This document shows positions 9,451 through 18,581 of a stretch of 64,000 nucleotides of DNA, in pieces (the stretch's first letter is position 1; each line of letters opens with the position of its first letter). The notes beneath the pieces were generated by a model. The model was not told the DNA's origin, made no database searches, and saw only the letters and a list, made by a program, of their open reading frames with translations. Made by a program: the position numbers and the translations under genes. The DNA comes from Nitrospira sp. (GTDB lineage Bacteria > Nitrospirota > Nitrospiria > Nitrospirales > Nitrospiraceae), in NCBI GenBank assembly GCA_047150005.1, contig AP038806.1, positions 3,424,001-3,488,000 on the forward strand. Reading direction: 5' to 3'.

Positions 9451-9614
9451 AATCGAGGGGGAGAGGCGCGCCATCTCAGAAGCGGCGTTGTCAACTTCCC
9501 GCCATCGCAGATTCTCAGAAGACGAGTCTTCGGGTGCGTCGCAAGGGCACGATCGCTTGACTTCGAGCGTATGACGATTATGTGATCGATCATAATATCG
9601 TAAGGAGACCGGTC

Positions 9615-9824
9615 ATGGCATCGACAACGATTTCACCGAAGTTTCAGATTGTGATTCCGAAAGCCGTCAGAGAAAAACTCGGCCTCACCCCGAGTCGGCG
9701 CTTACAGGTCGTGGAGAAGGGAGGTGTCATTACACTCGTGCCCGAAGCGTCTCTGAAATCCCTCAAGGGTGTGCTCAAAGGCATGACCAGGACGGAGATT
9801 CGGGAAAAGAAGGATCGTCTGTGA
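9615..9824 (+). CDS. AbrB/MazE/SpoVT antitoxin
   Basis: TTISPKFQIVIPKAVREKLGL; AAGGAG RBS. Confidence 0.9.
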   Translation: MASTTISPKFQIVIPKAVREKLGLTPSRRLQVVEKGGVITLVPEASLKSLKGVLKGMTRTEIREKKDRL

Positions 9825-10192
9825 AGGTCGTGCTGGATTCCAGCGGCTGGATTGAATTCTTTACCGGAGGACCGCTGGCCGAGCGGTACGCGGCCTATCT
9901 CAGCTCTCGCTATCAGCTCATCACACCGACCGTCGTTCTGTATGAAGTGTACAAGAAGATCAAGAGAGAACGGGGAGAAGAAACCGCCTTATTGCTGGCC
10001 GGACGGCTCAATACGACTGAGGTGATCCCCTTGACCGACTCCATTGCTTTCCTGGCCGCTGACTTGAGCCTGCGCCATGGTTTGGCCATGACCGATGCCA
10101 TCGTCTATGCCACGGCCAAAGACCAGCAGGCCGAGGTGATCACCAGCGATGCCGATCTCAAGGATCTTCCCGGGGTGTCCTACTTCCGTTAG
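9821..10192 (+). CDS. vapC: VapC PIN-domain toxin
   Basis: VLDSSGWIE, YEV, DAIVYATA, TSDAD; GTGA overlap with the antitoxin. Confidence 0.9.
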   Translation: MKVVLDSSGWIEFFTGGPLAERYAAYLSSRYQLITPTVVLYEVYKKIKRERGEETALLLAGRLNTTEVIPLTDSIAFLAADLSLRHGLAMTDAIVYATAKDQQAEVITSDADLKDLPGVSYFR

Positions 10193-10386
10193 CAGGCTGT
10201 TGACAAAGCCCGCCAGCGGCGTTCTCGCATCGCTCAGAGGCTTAACGTACGGCAAAGAGTACGCGCTTCGCCTCTTCACTCGCTGCGGCCTTTCTGAACA
10301 GCCTGCACCGTATGCTGGTGGCGTCCGTGGCCTCAGGCACGACCCCAGTTCCGAAGTCATCCCGTAGTTTGTCAACACGCTGTTAG
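10190..10386. repeat. MITE-like element with terminal inverted repeats, flanked by TAG
   Basis: TAG-caggctgttgacaaa ... tttgtcaacacgctgt-TAG; no credible coding content. Confidence 0.6.
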
Positions 10387-10405
10387 CTGTTCCGGTCTTC
10401 CGCTA

Positions 10406-10505
10406 TTACGACCCGCAGCCACCCAGCCGGTCGAGGGGACTGGGTGCACAAACCCCTAATCCAGCTCCGAAGAAGGGGAGATCGTCGGCGCATCGACGCA
10501 CAAGT
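10406..10505 (-). pseudogene. Degenerate TpsA 3'-tail remnant
   Basis: ASMRRRSP, then after a frameshift SPLDRLGGCGS*; compare ISLRRLPS...SPLDWLADCES* of the 18582 gene. Confidence 0.65.
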
Positions 10506-10567
10506 GCGTGGTCTGTGTACGCTCTCAAAATTCGTGTATGTTTCCTGATGACGGGGAGCTTTGGATC

Positions 10568-10954
10568 TTACCAGAGGGTTCTGATGGGATATTGCGTGAG
10601 GAGGGGATCCGGTGTCAGGAGCACGCAGTCGTGCTCGATCGCCTGGCAAACCAACATCCGGTCGAACGGGTCTCGATGCAAGGTGGGAAGTTTGTGGAGG
10701 TGGAGGGCCGCCCCCTCATGAAGCGGCAAAGGCGTGATTTGATGATGCTCACGTTGCTCGGCGACAAATCGATTAATCATGCCAGGAACAGGTAGCCTCC
10801 CCAGCGAATGTTTTATCGAAAGTTCCCACACCGACACCGCGCTGAGGAAGATCTCATTCACCGGATTGGCGAAGGTCTCCCGGACTGCTCCGGAAAGTTC
10901 CTTGGCATCCGCGATGATCCACAAGAACGTGCAGGTATCGAGGAGGCACTTCAC
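10568..10954 (-). CDS. vapC: VapC PIN-domain toxin
   Basis: LLDTCTFLW, SVWELSIK, HRDPFDRMLVCQA. Confidence 0.92.
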   Translation of the reverse strand: MKCLLDTCTFLWIIADAKELSGAVRETFANPVNEIFLSAVSVWELSIKHSLGRLPVPGMINRFVAEQREHHQITPLPLHEGAALHLHKLPTLHRDPFDRMLVCQAIEHDCVLLTPDPLLTQYPIRTLW

Positions 10955-11196
10955 GCTGACGGACCGTCAAATGCGCTGAGGAGATCGTCCGGGAGGGGAT
11001 CAAAGAATGTTGGTGGGACGGCAAATCGTCCCTTGCACAATCCAATAGGGCGCGGACGGACCGGCGACTGAGGCAACGGGGTGATTTCCGCCACAGGCTG
11101 ATTGCGTCGGCAGATCAGAATGCGCTCTCCTGCCTTCAGCTTAGCCAAGTACTTGGAAAGATGCGTTTTTGCCTCGTGGATATTCAGCTTTATCAT
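10951..11196 (-). CDS. Phd/YefM antitoxin
   Basis: MIKLNIHEAKTHLSKYL...GE.I.I.RR.QPVA. Confidence 0.92.
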   Translation of the reverse strand: MIKLNIHEAKTHLSKYLAKLKAGERILICRRNQPVAEITPLPQSPVRPRPIGLCKGRFAVPPTFFDPLPDDLLSAFDGPSA

Positions 11197-11202
11197 GGAC
11201 AC

Positions 11203-11231
11203 AAAGTAAACTAGATAGTTGACTAAGTCAA
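11203..11231 (-). promoter_or_regulatory. Sigma70 promoter/operator of phd-vapC, probably leaderless
   Basis: TTGACT-17-TACTTT, 6 nt before the ATG; palindrome TTGACT-T-AGTCAA. Confidence 0.65.
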
Positions 11232-11279
11232 GAGGCTGAATTGTCTCCCTTCCGACCGGTGACTGTCCCCGCTGGAGGG

Positions 11280-14255
11280 CTAAGAGCCACACTCAGTGAG
11301 CCAATCCTCTCCGGCCAATTGCATTGCCACTCGCCACTGAGAGGGGAGCCGGCGCAGCGAAATGAACGCCGTATCGTTGGAATCAGCTGAGAGTCCCGGT
11401 GCAAGAGCCTGGATCGATGGTCCACCTCCAGCGGGCGTGGACGCGAGCGGGCTGGTCAGCCAGCCGCCTGGGTCGGTCGGCAGGGTGTCGCGTCCGGCCA
11501 CGATAAAGCTGCTGACTTCGCCACGGGCGATCGCGGTGCACCGTTGGCTGAGCAAGGCTGTCACTTGAAGAGGAGCCTTGCCGAGCGGCTGGATTTTGCC
11601 GCCGGCTGTGGCGATCGGCGCTTGGATCGTAACCGCTCCGTTCTGACCGAACTGGGACGAGGCGCTCACGACGCTGCTGGCATCCGGGAGAAATAACCCG
11701 CCGTTCGTGATCGCAATGTTGATGTTGCCGCCCGGCCCCTGCACCGCCTGTGCGAGGATCTGACTGTTTTGCAAAACCACGAATTGCGGATCGATATTGA
11801 CGCTCCCGCCCCCGCCAGCGCCATCCAGGACCGACGCGCTGATCGTGCTGTTGGAAAGCTCCACCATTCCGTTCGGGCTGGTTGTGATTTTGATAGTGCC
11901 GCCACTCGATTGGTTGGCCTGTGTCGTCACCGAGCTGTTCGTCATCGCGAACTGGTTGCCAGAGTTGATCGAGATGTTGCCTGCGTTGCCCGAGCCGGTA
12001 CTGCTCGCGGAGATGGACGATCCACTGTTTAGAGTGACTGACTGCCCAGTGGTAATGGAGATGTTGCCCCCGGGACCACTGGCAGAACCGGTGCTGCTGA
12101 TTCCTGACGCGTCATCCGCCAAGAAGGTGTTGGCGGCAAGTAAGATGTTTCCGGCTGGCGCGCCTCCCTGCGTATCAGTCTTAATTTTGCTATGAGTCAG
12201 GTGAATGGTGTCTGCCGTCACCGTGAGTATGGCAGGAGTGGTCTGTGAGGTACCGCTGAATACCCCCATATTAAGCTCGATATTCTGAAGTGCAACCAGC
12301 TTGGCTGCATCGGTCGTTTGGGGACCAACGCCAGATATTGTGACGTTACCTGCCTGCCCCGACACAAGGCTCACGCTACCAATCAAGGCCCCGCTCCCGC
12401 CAGTGATGAGCGCCCCGTGCGTGGCATTGCCACGGAGTGTATTCACGTTGAGTGTAATATTACCTGCCGGCGCGCCCCCGTCACCGAATGAAGCCGTAAA
12501 GATTTGTGTGCCAGTATCGAGGCTCAGCGTATCCGTCGTGATGGTGATATTCCCCGGTGCTGTTCGGGGGTTGCCACCATCCACCCCTGTAGTGATGAAT
12601 GTGTTGTTGACGGCCACGAGCTGTGCGGCATCAGTAGACTCGGGGCGAATCCCGGAAATCGTGATGGTTCCAGTCGGCCCCGCCGTGATGCCGGGATCAT
12701 TATTTGAAATGACAAAGACTGTTTTGGCCCCTGCAATCGGCGTTTCGTCGGAAGTCACATTGCTGCGCAGCGTGTTCACGTTGAATGCCACATGCCCTCC
12801 GGGTGCAGAGCCGAGGGTATTCGCTACTATGGTTGCGGCACGTCCACCAGCCGGCAATCCCTCATTGACCAGCACCAGAGAATCGGCGGTAATGGTGATC
12901 GATGAGGGAGTCGTTTGCGGCGTCCCACCGAATACCCGGCTGCTGATCGTGGAATCTTTCAAGAGGACGCTTGTCGCCGCGGTTCCAGGTCCCCCGACGC
13001 CTTGGATGGTGATCGCCCCTGCAGGCCCGGCTCCCGCATCCGTGCTCCTACTGTCGCTGGCAATAAAGTTGCCGGCGAAATTAAAGTTGTTGGTTGGATT
13101 TAGTGGAAGGCGATTGAGGCCGGCTTGGGTGGTCAGCACGTCGACATTCAGCACGATGTCGCCACCCGCCGCTGTCCCGTAGCTGTCCGCTGTGATGAGT
13201 GCGCCGTTGCTGAATGCGGCGGTCTCTGCTGTGATGGATATCTTCGGAGAGCTGTTTGGTGAGGCAATCTCGCCACCCGGTCCGTTCATGCTAATCGCCT
13301 TGATGGAGGCGTCATTCATGATGAACTGGCCACCACGAATTACGATGCGTCCGGCTGTGTCAGCGCTCGTCTCAAGACTTGTTCCTTGTAAGAGACTGAT
13401 GTGTCCCAGCGCAGTAAAAGTTTGCCCATTGATGTTCTGAGCCGATTCCAAATTGGGAAAGAGGACTTCACCTGGCGAAGCCACACTGGCAAGACTAATC
13501 TGCCCTGCTGGCGCCGTGAGATTGGCAGCCTGGACGGTCCCCTGGACAGTCCCATTGTCCAACGTTCCATTCTGAATATTGATGTTCCCACCGATGAGTG
13601 AAATACCCATTCCTTCCGTGACCGATAGGTGGCTCCCTTGAACGGCGATGGCTCCCGGATTCGAGCCCAAGAACCCGAACGCCGCAACCGGCGCCGTGCT
13701 GAGCAACGCATCCGCGCTTACATGCGGGATTGCGTTGAATCGTGCACCATCAGCAAGCCGCAGATAATCAGCCGTTGTAAACGTCGCCATCCCGCCCACA
13801 TTCAAAGTAGCAGTCGGACCGAAGATCACGCCGGCGGGGTTCATCAGAAATAGGTTCGCATTGCCGAAGCCCCCGACGCCGTTCGTCTGAATCACTCCGA
13901 AAATGCTGGAGGGATTTCCCCCGGTGACGCGGGCCAGAATGTTGCTTGTCGGAAGACCAGAACCAAGCAGATTGCCGGCAAGGTCAACGGAGCCTGAGTT
14001 CACAAAGTTCGCGATGTTGTTTGCTGGCACATTGAAGTTGCTGAAACTGTGGAAGAGATTCATTCCACCATCCGGCCTTGATCCGCCGGTGATGTTGTAT
14101 TGCGTCGAGGTTCCAATTTGGACGGGATTGCTGACGATGGTGTGGAGATTGCCCGCGCCGGTGGTAGGCGTGATGGGTGCAGGCGTTTGGGCATGGACCA
14201 GTGGCGATTGCACCGCCCACCCGATCAACAGCCCGACGATCAAGATCCAGTTCAC
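11280..14255 (-). CDS. Filamentous hemagglutinin / TpsA-like protein 2 (991 aa)
   Basis: Signal peptide (VHA-Q), TPS domain, conserved C-terminal domain. Confidence 0.92.
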   Translation of the reverse strand: MNWILIVGLLIGWAVQSPLVHAQTPAPITPTTGAGNLHTIVSNPVQIGTSTQYNITGGSRPDGGMNLFHSFSNFNVPANNIANFVNSGSVDLAGNLLGSGLPTSNILARVTGGNPSSIFGVIQTNGVGGFGNANLFLMNPAGVIFGPTATLNVGGMATFTTADYLRLADGARFNAIPHVSADALLSTAPVAAFGFLGSNPGAIAVQGSHLSVTEGMGISLIGGNINIQNGTLDNGTVQGTVQAANLTAPAGQISLASVASPGEVLFPNLESAQNINGQTFTALGHISLLQGTSLETSADTAGRIVIRGGQFIMNDASIKAISMNGPGGEIASPNSSPKISITAETAAFSNGALITADSYGTAAGGDIVLNVDVLTTQAGLNRLPLNPTNNFNFAGNFIASDSRSTDAGAGPAGAITIQGVGGPGTAATSVLLKDSTISSRVFGGTPQTTPSSITITADSLVLVNEGLPAGGRAATIVANTLGSAPGGHVAFNVNTLRSNVTSDETPIAGAKTVFVISNNDPGITAGPTGTITISGIRPESTDAAQLVAVNNTFITTGVDGGNPRTAPGNITITTDTLSLDTGTQIFTASFGDGGAPAGNITLNVNTLRGNATHGALITGGSGALIGSVSLVSGQAGNVTISGVGPQTTDAAKLVALQNIELNMGVFSGTSQTTPAILTVTADTIHLTHSKIKTDTQGGAPAGNILLAANTFLADDASGISSTGSASGPGGNISITTGQSVTLNSGSSISASSTGSGNAGNISINSGNQFAMTNSSVTTQANQSSGGTIKITTSPNGMVELSNSTISASVLDGAGGGGSVNIDPQFVVLQNSQILAQAVQGPGGNINIAITNGGLFLPDASSVVSASSQFGQNGAVTIQAPIATAGGKIQPLGKAPLQVTALLSQRCTAIARGEVSSFIVAGRDTLPTDPGGWLTSPLASTPAGGGPSIQALAPGLSADSNDTAFISLRRLPSQWRVAMQLAGEDWLTECGS

Positions 14256-14421
14256 CGTTCATCCCTTCTCGGGGTGGTGAACAAATCCTCTGATTAGTCG
14301 TCGTTCAATAAGAAGGCCTCTGCCGTCGATATGGTATCACGAACCCGGTGAGGGCGGGAATGGTTCCTGACACTATCTTGTTCTGTTCTGACACCCTCGC
14401 TCTCTTACCTCACTCGCACCT

Positions 14422-17400
14422 CTACGAAGTTTCGCAGCCCGAAATCCAATCTGCTTCTGAAAGCAGCTGCGCCACCTTACTTGGGGAGGGGAGCCGGCGC
14501 AGGGACACGAACAGCGATCCGTCGGAGTGAGTCGCGATTGCGGGCACACCGGCTTTCACCGAGATTCCTCCTTCGGCGGGGATGGAAGCCAAGGGACTCG
14601 TGAGCCACCCGCCTGGTTCGATGGGCAAGGTATCCCGGCCCGCCACGACGAAGCTGCTGACTTCGCCTCGCGCGATGGCCGCGCAGCGTTGGCTGAGCAG
14701 GGCAGTGACTTGAAGGGGCGCCTTCCCGAGTGGCTGGATCTTACCGCCGGCCGGCGCATTGGGGGACTGAATGATGACGTTGCCGCTTTGGCCGAACTCA
14801 GAGGAGGCGCTCACACGACTGGTGGAATCCGGCAGAAACAACCCGCCGTTGGTGATGGTGATGCCAATGTTTCCTCCGGGCCCCTGTTTGGCCTCAGCGA
14901 GAATCTGACTGTTCTGCAGGATGACGAACTGCGGATCGATGTTCACGCTCCCGCCGCCGCCCGTCCCATCCAGCACTGACGCGCTAATCTTGCTGTTGGT
15001 AAGCTCGACCCTACCGCTGGGGTTCGTCGTGATCTTAATAATCCCGCCACCTGACTGATTCGCTTCCGTCGTCACCGAGCTATTGGACATGGCAAACTGG
15101 TCACCGGCGCTGATATTGACGTTGCCGGCTGTGCCGGTCCCAGTGCTGCTGCTCGAGATTTGACTGTTGTCTTGGAGCGTAACAGTCTGCGCGGACACAT
15201 CGATGTTGCCGGCAGACCCGGTGGGAACCAGTCCTTCTGCTCCGGCGACACTTCCGGTTGTAAGACGGCCCCCACTGCTAATCGACAGGGCGTCCACATT
15301 TAGGACAATCGCCCCTCCTGCCCCGTTTGTTTCTGTAGTGGCGGTGATCGTACCTCCCTCAGTGATCGCAAGGCTTGGGGTAGAAACGGAGATTGATCCA
15401 GCGTTGCCGTATTGAAAAGCCGGATCCACCCCGGCGGTGCTTCGGCTGCTTACCTCGCTGTTCGAAGCAATAACCACTTGGCTTGGAGTATCAATGCTGA
15501 TGTTGCCGGCATGTCCACGGCTGAATCGAGTCTCAGCGCTAATCTTGCTGTTGGTGAGTGACAACTGGTCGGCGGCAAGATCGATATTACCGGCAGCTCC
15601 TTCCCCTGGCAGCAAAGGATCGACATTTGTTGTTTCTGTCAGGATCTGGCTGTCGCTGGCCAGAGTGATCGTCTGAGCCTTGGTTCGTGGACCCTGAAGG
15701 CCGAGGACGCTAACAGTCCCTCCTTGGCCTTGACCAGCCACGGAAGAAGTGATTTCACTGAAGTTCATTGTCAGGCTGTTGGTCTGAAGAGTAATGGCGC
15801 CGGCATTGCCATGGCCGATAGCGGACGTGGCAATCGCGCTTGAAGACCTCAGATCAATAACCGGGGAACTGATGAACACTTGTCCGCTATTGCCGGCCGC
15901 TGGAGATTCGGAGAATGAGCCGCTCAGAATTGCGGAATTGCTCAAGCTTACGTGGTCGGTCGCGGTAATGTGCACGCTTCCCGCATTTCCTGAGCCCGCG
16001 AAGGCGCTGCTTCCTATGGACCCAAACCCAGTGAGCGCCACAGAACCCGCTTGAACCTCGATCCCACCGGCATTCCCTTCTCCGAAGGTGTCGGCAGATA
16101 TCATGGAGCCGTCAATGGCCAACGAGCCGCTCACAATGCTGATTTTTCCGGCATCTCCATCTCCCAGGGTCTGGGCAGTGATTGTCGCCCCGCTGCTAAG
16201 AGTGAGGCTCTGCGCCGGGCTCGCGAGCCCCTGGATCGTGACGTTGCCGGCGTTACCGGGACCGGTGGTGCTGGCTGAAACCTGAGCGCCATCAGAGATG
16301 GTGACGGACTGCCCGGCGTTGAGGGTAATGTTGCCGCCGGAACCAGAGTCGGGATCCGTCCCGATCGACCGGCTGAAGATGCCGACTGGGGTACCGTCGC
16401 TCAGAGTTCCGGACAAGGCGATCGTCTCAGTTGCTGAAACCGAAATATTCCCTCCCTGTCCACTGCTGCTCGTGCCGCTGTCGATCTGAGATCCGTTTGC
16501 CATCGCCAGGGATCCGGTATTAATCGAAATGTTTCCTGCGTTGCCACAGGAGCCTGAGCAGAACTCGCTCCCAACTGTCTGTGTAAGAATTCCACTAGGG
16601 TGGATATTCCCGATGAATCCCGGTCCCCCAACATCTGGGTTGGGAAATTCGCCTGAAATTTCAATCACGCCGGCATTTACTGTGACATTGCCACCACCGC
16701 CACTGGTGCTTGTACTCGTGCTAATCCGACCTTCATGCATTACCAATCGTGGCGTCGTAACAAACACGTTTCCTGACGCTCCTTCCGTACCGACGAATCC
16801 CAGTGAGTTGGTGAAGAGTCCAGCAGGGCCACCTTGAATATTCGAGCCGCTATTCCCGATGAGACTGAAATGGTCCGTCGCAGTCACATGAATGTCGCCA
16901 GCATTGGCTCCCGCGCCTCCGGAGGTATTAGTCAGAAAGGAGCTACCATTGGTCAACTCGATAACGCGCCCGTCGAAGCTAATCCCTCCTCCGGGACCGA
17001 AAGCCGTGAAGGTACTGAACACAGTGTTGGTCGCGAGCAACGAATCTCCGCTAATCGTGATCCCGCCTCTGCCGCCAAACGAGTCCGTCGCCACTTGAGT
17101 ATCGAGCATGGTGATATCACGCACGTTCAATCGTATGTTACCCCCATAATGAGAGGCGCTTGGAGTAACTGATGCACTGCTAATGAGGATTGCACCATCA
17201 GTATGCAGGCTATCCCCTGTGAGAGTCAGGTTACCGGACGGACCGCTGGGCTCGAAACCGAGGAGTTCAGCAAGCTGGGTTCCCGTGCTAAGTGTTGTGC
17301 CCGATAGGTCAATCCCATGAGCGACAATCTCCGTATCACCGCCCGGGCCACCCGCTTGCTGGCCACTATCGGAGAAATGCCATGTCGGAAAGGGGCCAAC

Positions 17401-18555
17401 CGTATTCTGGACTGTGAGATTACCAGTGGTGATGTTGATGTTTCCTGCCCTACCATCACCGGACGAATGTGTATCGATCATCGCGAACGGCGCAAAATCC
17501 GGATCACTCGATGTTGCAGTAAGATTGGCAGAAACTATGCGTACTTCGCCGGCATTGCCGGTCCCGTTACTTATGGCAGTGATCGCAGGGAGGGCCCGTG
17601 AGTCGGAGATTGTTACGTCGCCCGCGACATTGATATCAACAGCGGTGGAAGCTCCATTGGCATTGACCGTGTCGGCCGATAGTGTCGCGTCTGCAATCAC
17701 AAGCTGCCCGGCACGGATCCTGATGGTTCCACCGGAATTGGCAGAAACGTCCAACAAAGAGTCCTCGGAGAGATTGATGTTCCCTAACGTCATGCCGGCA
17801 ATCGAAGAAAAAGTCACCGCGGATACTTCACCAGGTCCAGCAGCACTAACCAGATTAATTTGGCCGCCTGGCGCCGAAAGGCGAGCCGATTGAACCGACC
17901 CGTCTTCGAGCTTGCCGGATTGAATTGTGATGTTTACGCCCACCAGGGAAATGCCCGTCCCGTCGGCCACCGTCAATTGGGTTCCTTGAACCGTTATGGC
18001 CCCAGGGTTTGAGCCGAGAAAGCCGAAGGCGGCGACAGGTGCTGCCGTCAACAAGTCCGGCACGACCGGCTTCAGTGACGCATTGAACCTCCCGCCGTCA
18101 GCCAAGCGGAGATAATCCGCTGACGCAAACGTCACCATCCCGCCGACGTTGACCGTGGCGCCAGGTCCAAACAGAAATCCGGCTGGATTGATGAGGAAGA
18201 GATTGGCATTCCCATAACCGGAGGTCTGGATCATGCCAAAGATATTCGAAATGTTCCCTCCGGTCACGCGGCCGAGAATGTTGGAAGTAGCTAGGTTGGG
18301 AGTGAGGTTGAGAAAGTTTGCGATGTTGTTAGTCGGAATTCCGAACTCTCCGAAACTATGGAAGAGATTCGGTCCGCCGCCCGGTCTCGTGCCGCCGGTA
18401 ATATTGTAGGTGTTCCCGTTCGGTGTGACGATGGTATTCAGGCCTGAGGAGGTGATGGGACTCGAAGGTGTCTGTGCTGCTGCCGGAGGGACGGACGAGA
18501 CTTGCAGCCACGTCAGGAGACACGCAATAAAAAGACGGGTGATCAACGCGCTCAT
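14422..18555 (-). CDS. Filamentous hemagglutinin / TpsA-like protein 3
   Basis: Likely start MSALITR with signal peptide; TPS domain; conserved C-terminal domain. Confidence 0.9.
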   Translation of the reverse strand: MSALITRLFIACLLTWLQVSSVPPAAAQTPSSPITSSGLNTIVTPNGNTYNITGGTRPGGGPNLFHSFGEFGIPTNNIANFLNLTPNLATSNILGRVTGGNISNIFGMIQTSGYGNANLFLINPAGFLFGPGATVNVGGMVTFASADYLRLADGGRFNASLKPVVPDLLTAAPVAAFGFLGSNPGAITVQGTQLTVADGTGISLVGVNITIQSGKLEDGSVQSARLSAPGGQINLVSAAGPGEVSAVTFSSIAGMTLGNINLSEDSLLDVSANSGGTIRIRAGQLVIADATLSADTVNANGASTAVDINVAGDVTISDSRALPAITAISNGTGNAGEVRIVSANLTATSSDPDFAPFAMIDTHSSGDGRAGNINITTGNLTVQNTVGPFPTWHFSDSGQQAGGPGGDTEIVAHGIDLSGTTLSTGTQLAELLGFEPSGPSGNLTLTGDSLHTDGAILISSASVTPSASHYGGNIRLNVRDITMLDTQVATDSFGGRGGITISGDSLLATNTVFSTFTAFGPGGGISFDGRVIELTNGSSFLTNTSGGAGANAGDIHVTATDHFSLIGNSGSNIQGGPAGLFTNSLGFVGTEGASGNVFVTTPRLVMHEGRISTSTSTSGGGGNVTVNAGVIEISGEFPNPDVGGPGFIGNIHPSGILTQTVGSEFCSGSCGNAGNISINTGSLAMANGSQIDSGTSSSGQGGNISVSATETIALSGTLSDGTPVGIFSRSIGTDPDSGSGGNITLNAGQSVTISDGAQVSASTTGPGNAGNVTIQGLASPAQSLTLSSGATITAQTLGDGDAGKISIVSGSLAIDGSMISADTFGEGNAGGIEVQAGSVALTGFGSIGSSAFAGSGNAGSVHITATDHVSLSNSAILSGSFSESPAAGNSGQVFISSPVIDLRSSSAIATSAIGHGNAGAITLQTNSLTMNFSEITSSVAGQGQGGTVSVLGLQGPRTKAQTITLASDSQILTETTNVDPLLPGEGAAGNIDLAADQLSLTNSKISAETRFSRGHAGNISIDTPSQVVIASNSEVSSRSTAGVDPAFQYGNAGSISVSTPSLAITEGGTITATTETNGAGGAIVLNVDALSISSGGRLTTGSVAGAEGLVPTGSAGNIDVSAQTVTLQDNSQISSSSTGTGTAGNVNISAGDQFAMSNSSVTTEANQSGGGIIKITTNPSGRVELTNSKISASVLDGTGGGGSVNIDPQFVILQNSQILAEAKQGPGGNIGITITNGGLFLPDSTSRVSASSEFGQSGNVIIQSPNAPAGGKIQPLGKAPLQVTALLSQRCAAIARGEVSSFVVAGRDTLPIEPGGWLTSPLASIPAEGGISVKAGVPAIATHSDGSLFVSLRRLPSPSKVAQLLSEADWISGCETS

Positions 18556-18581
18556 TTGAACACTCGCCCGGCGTCTTCGGT

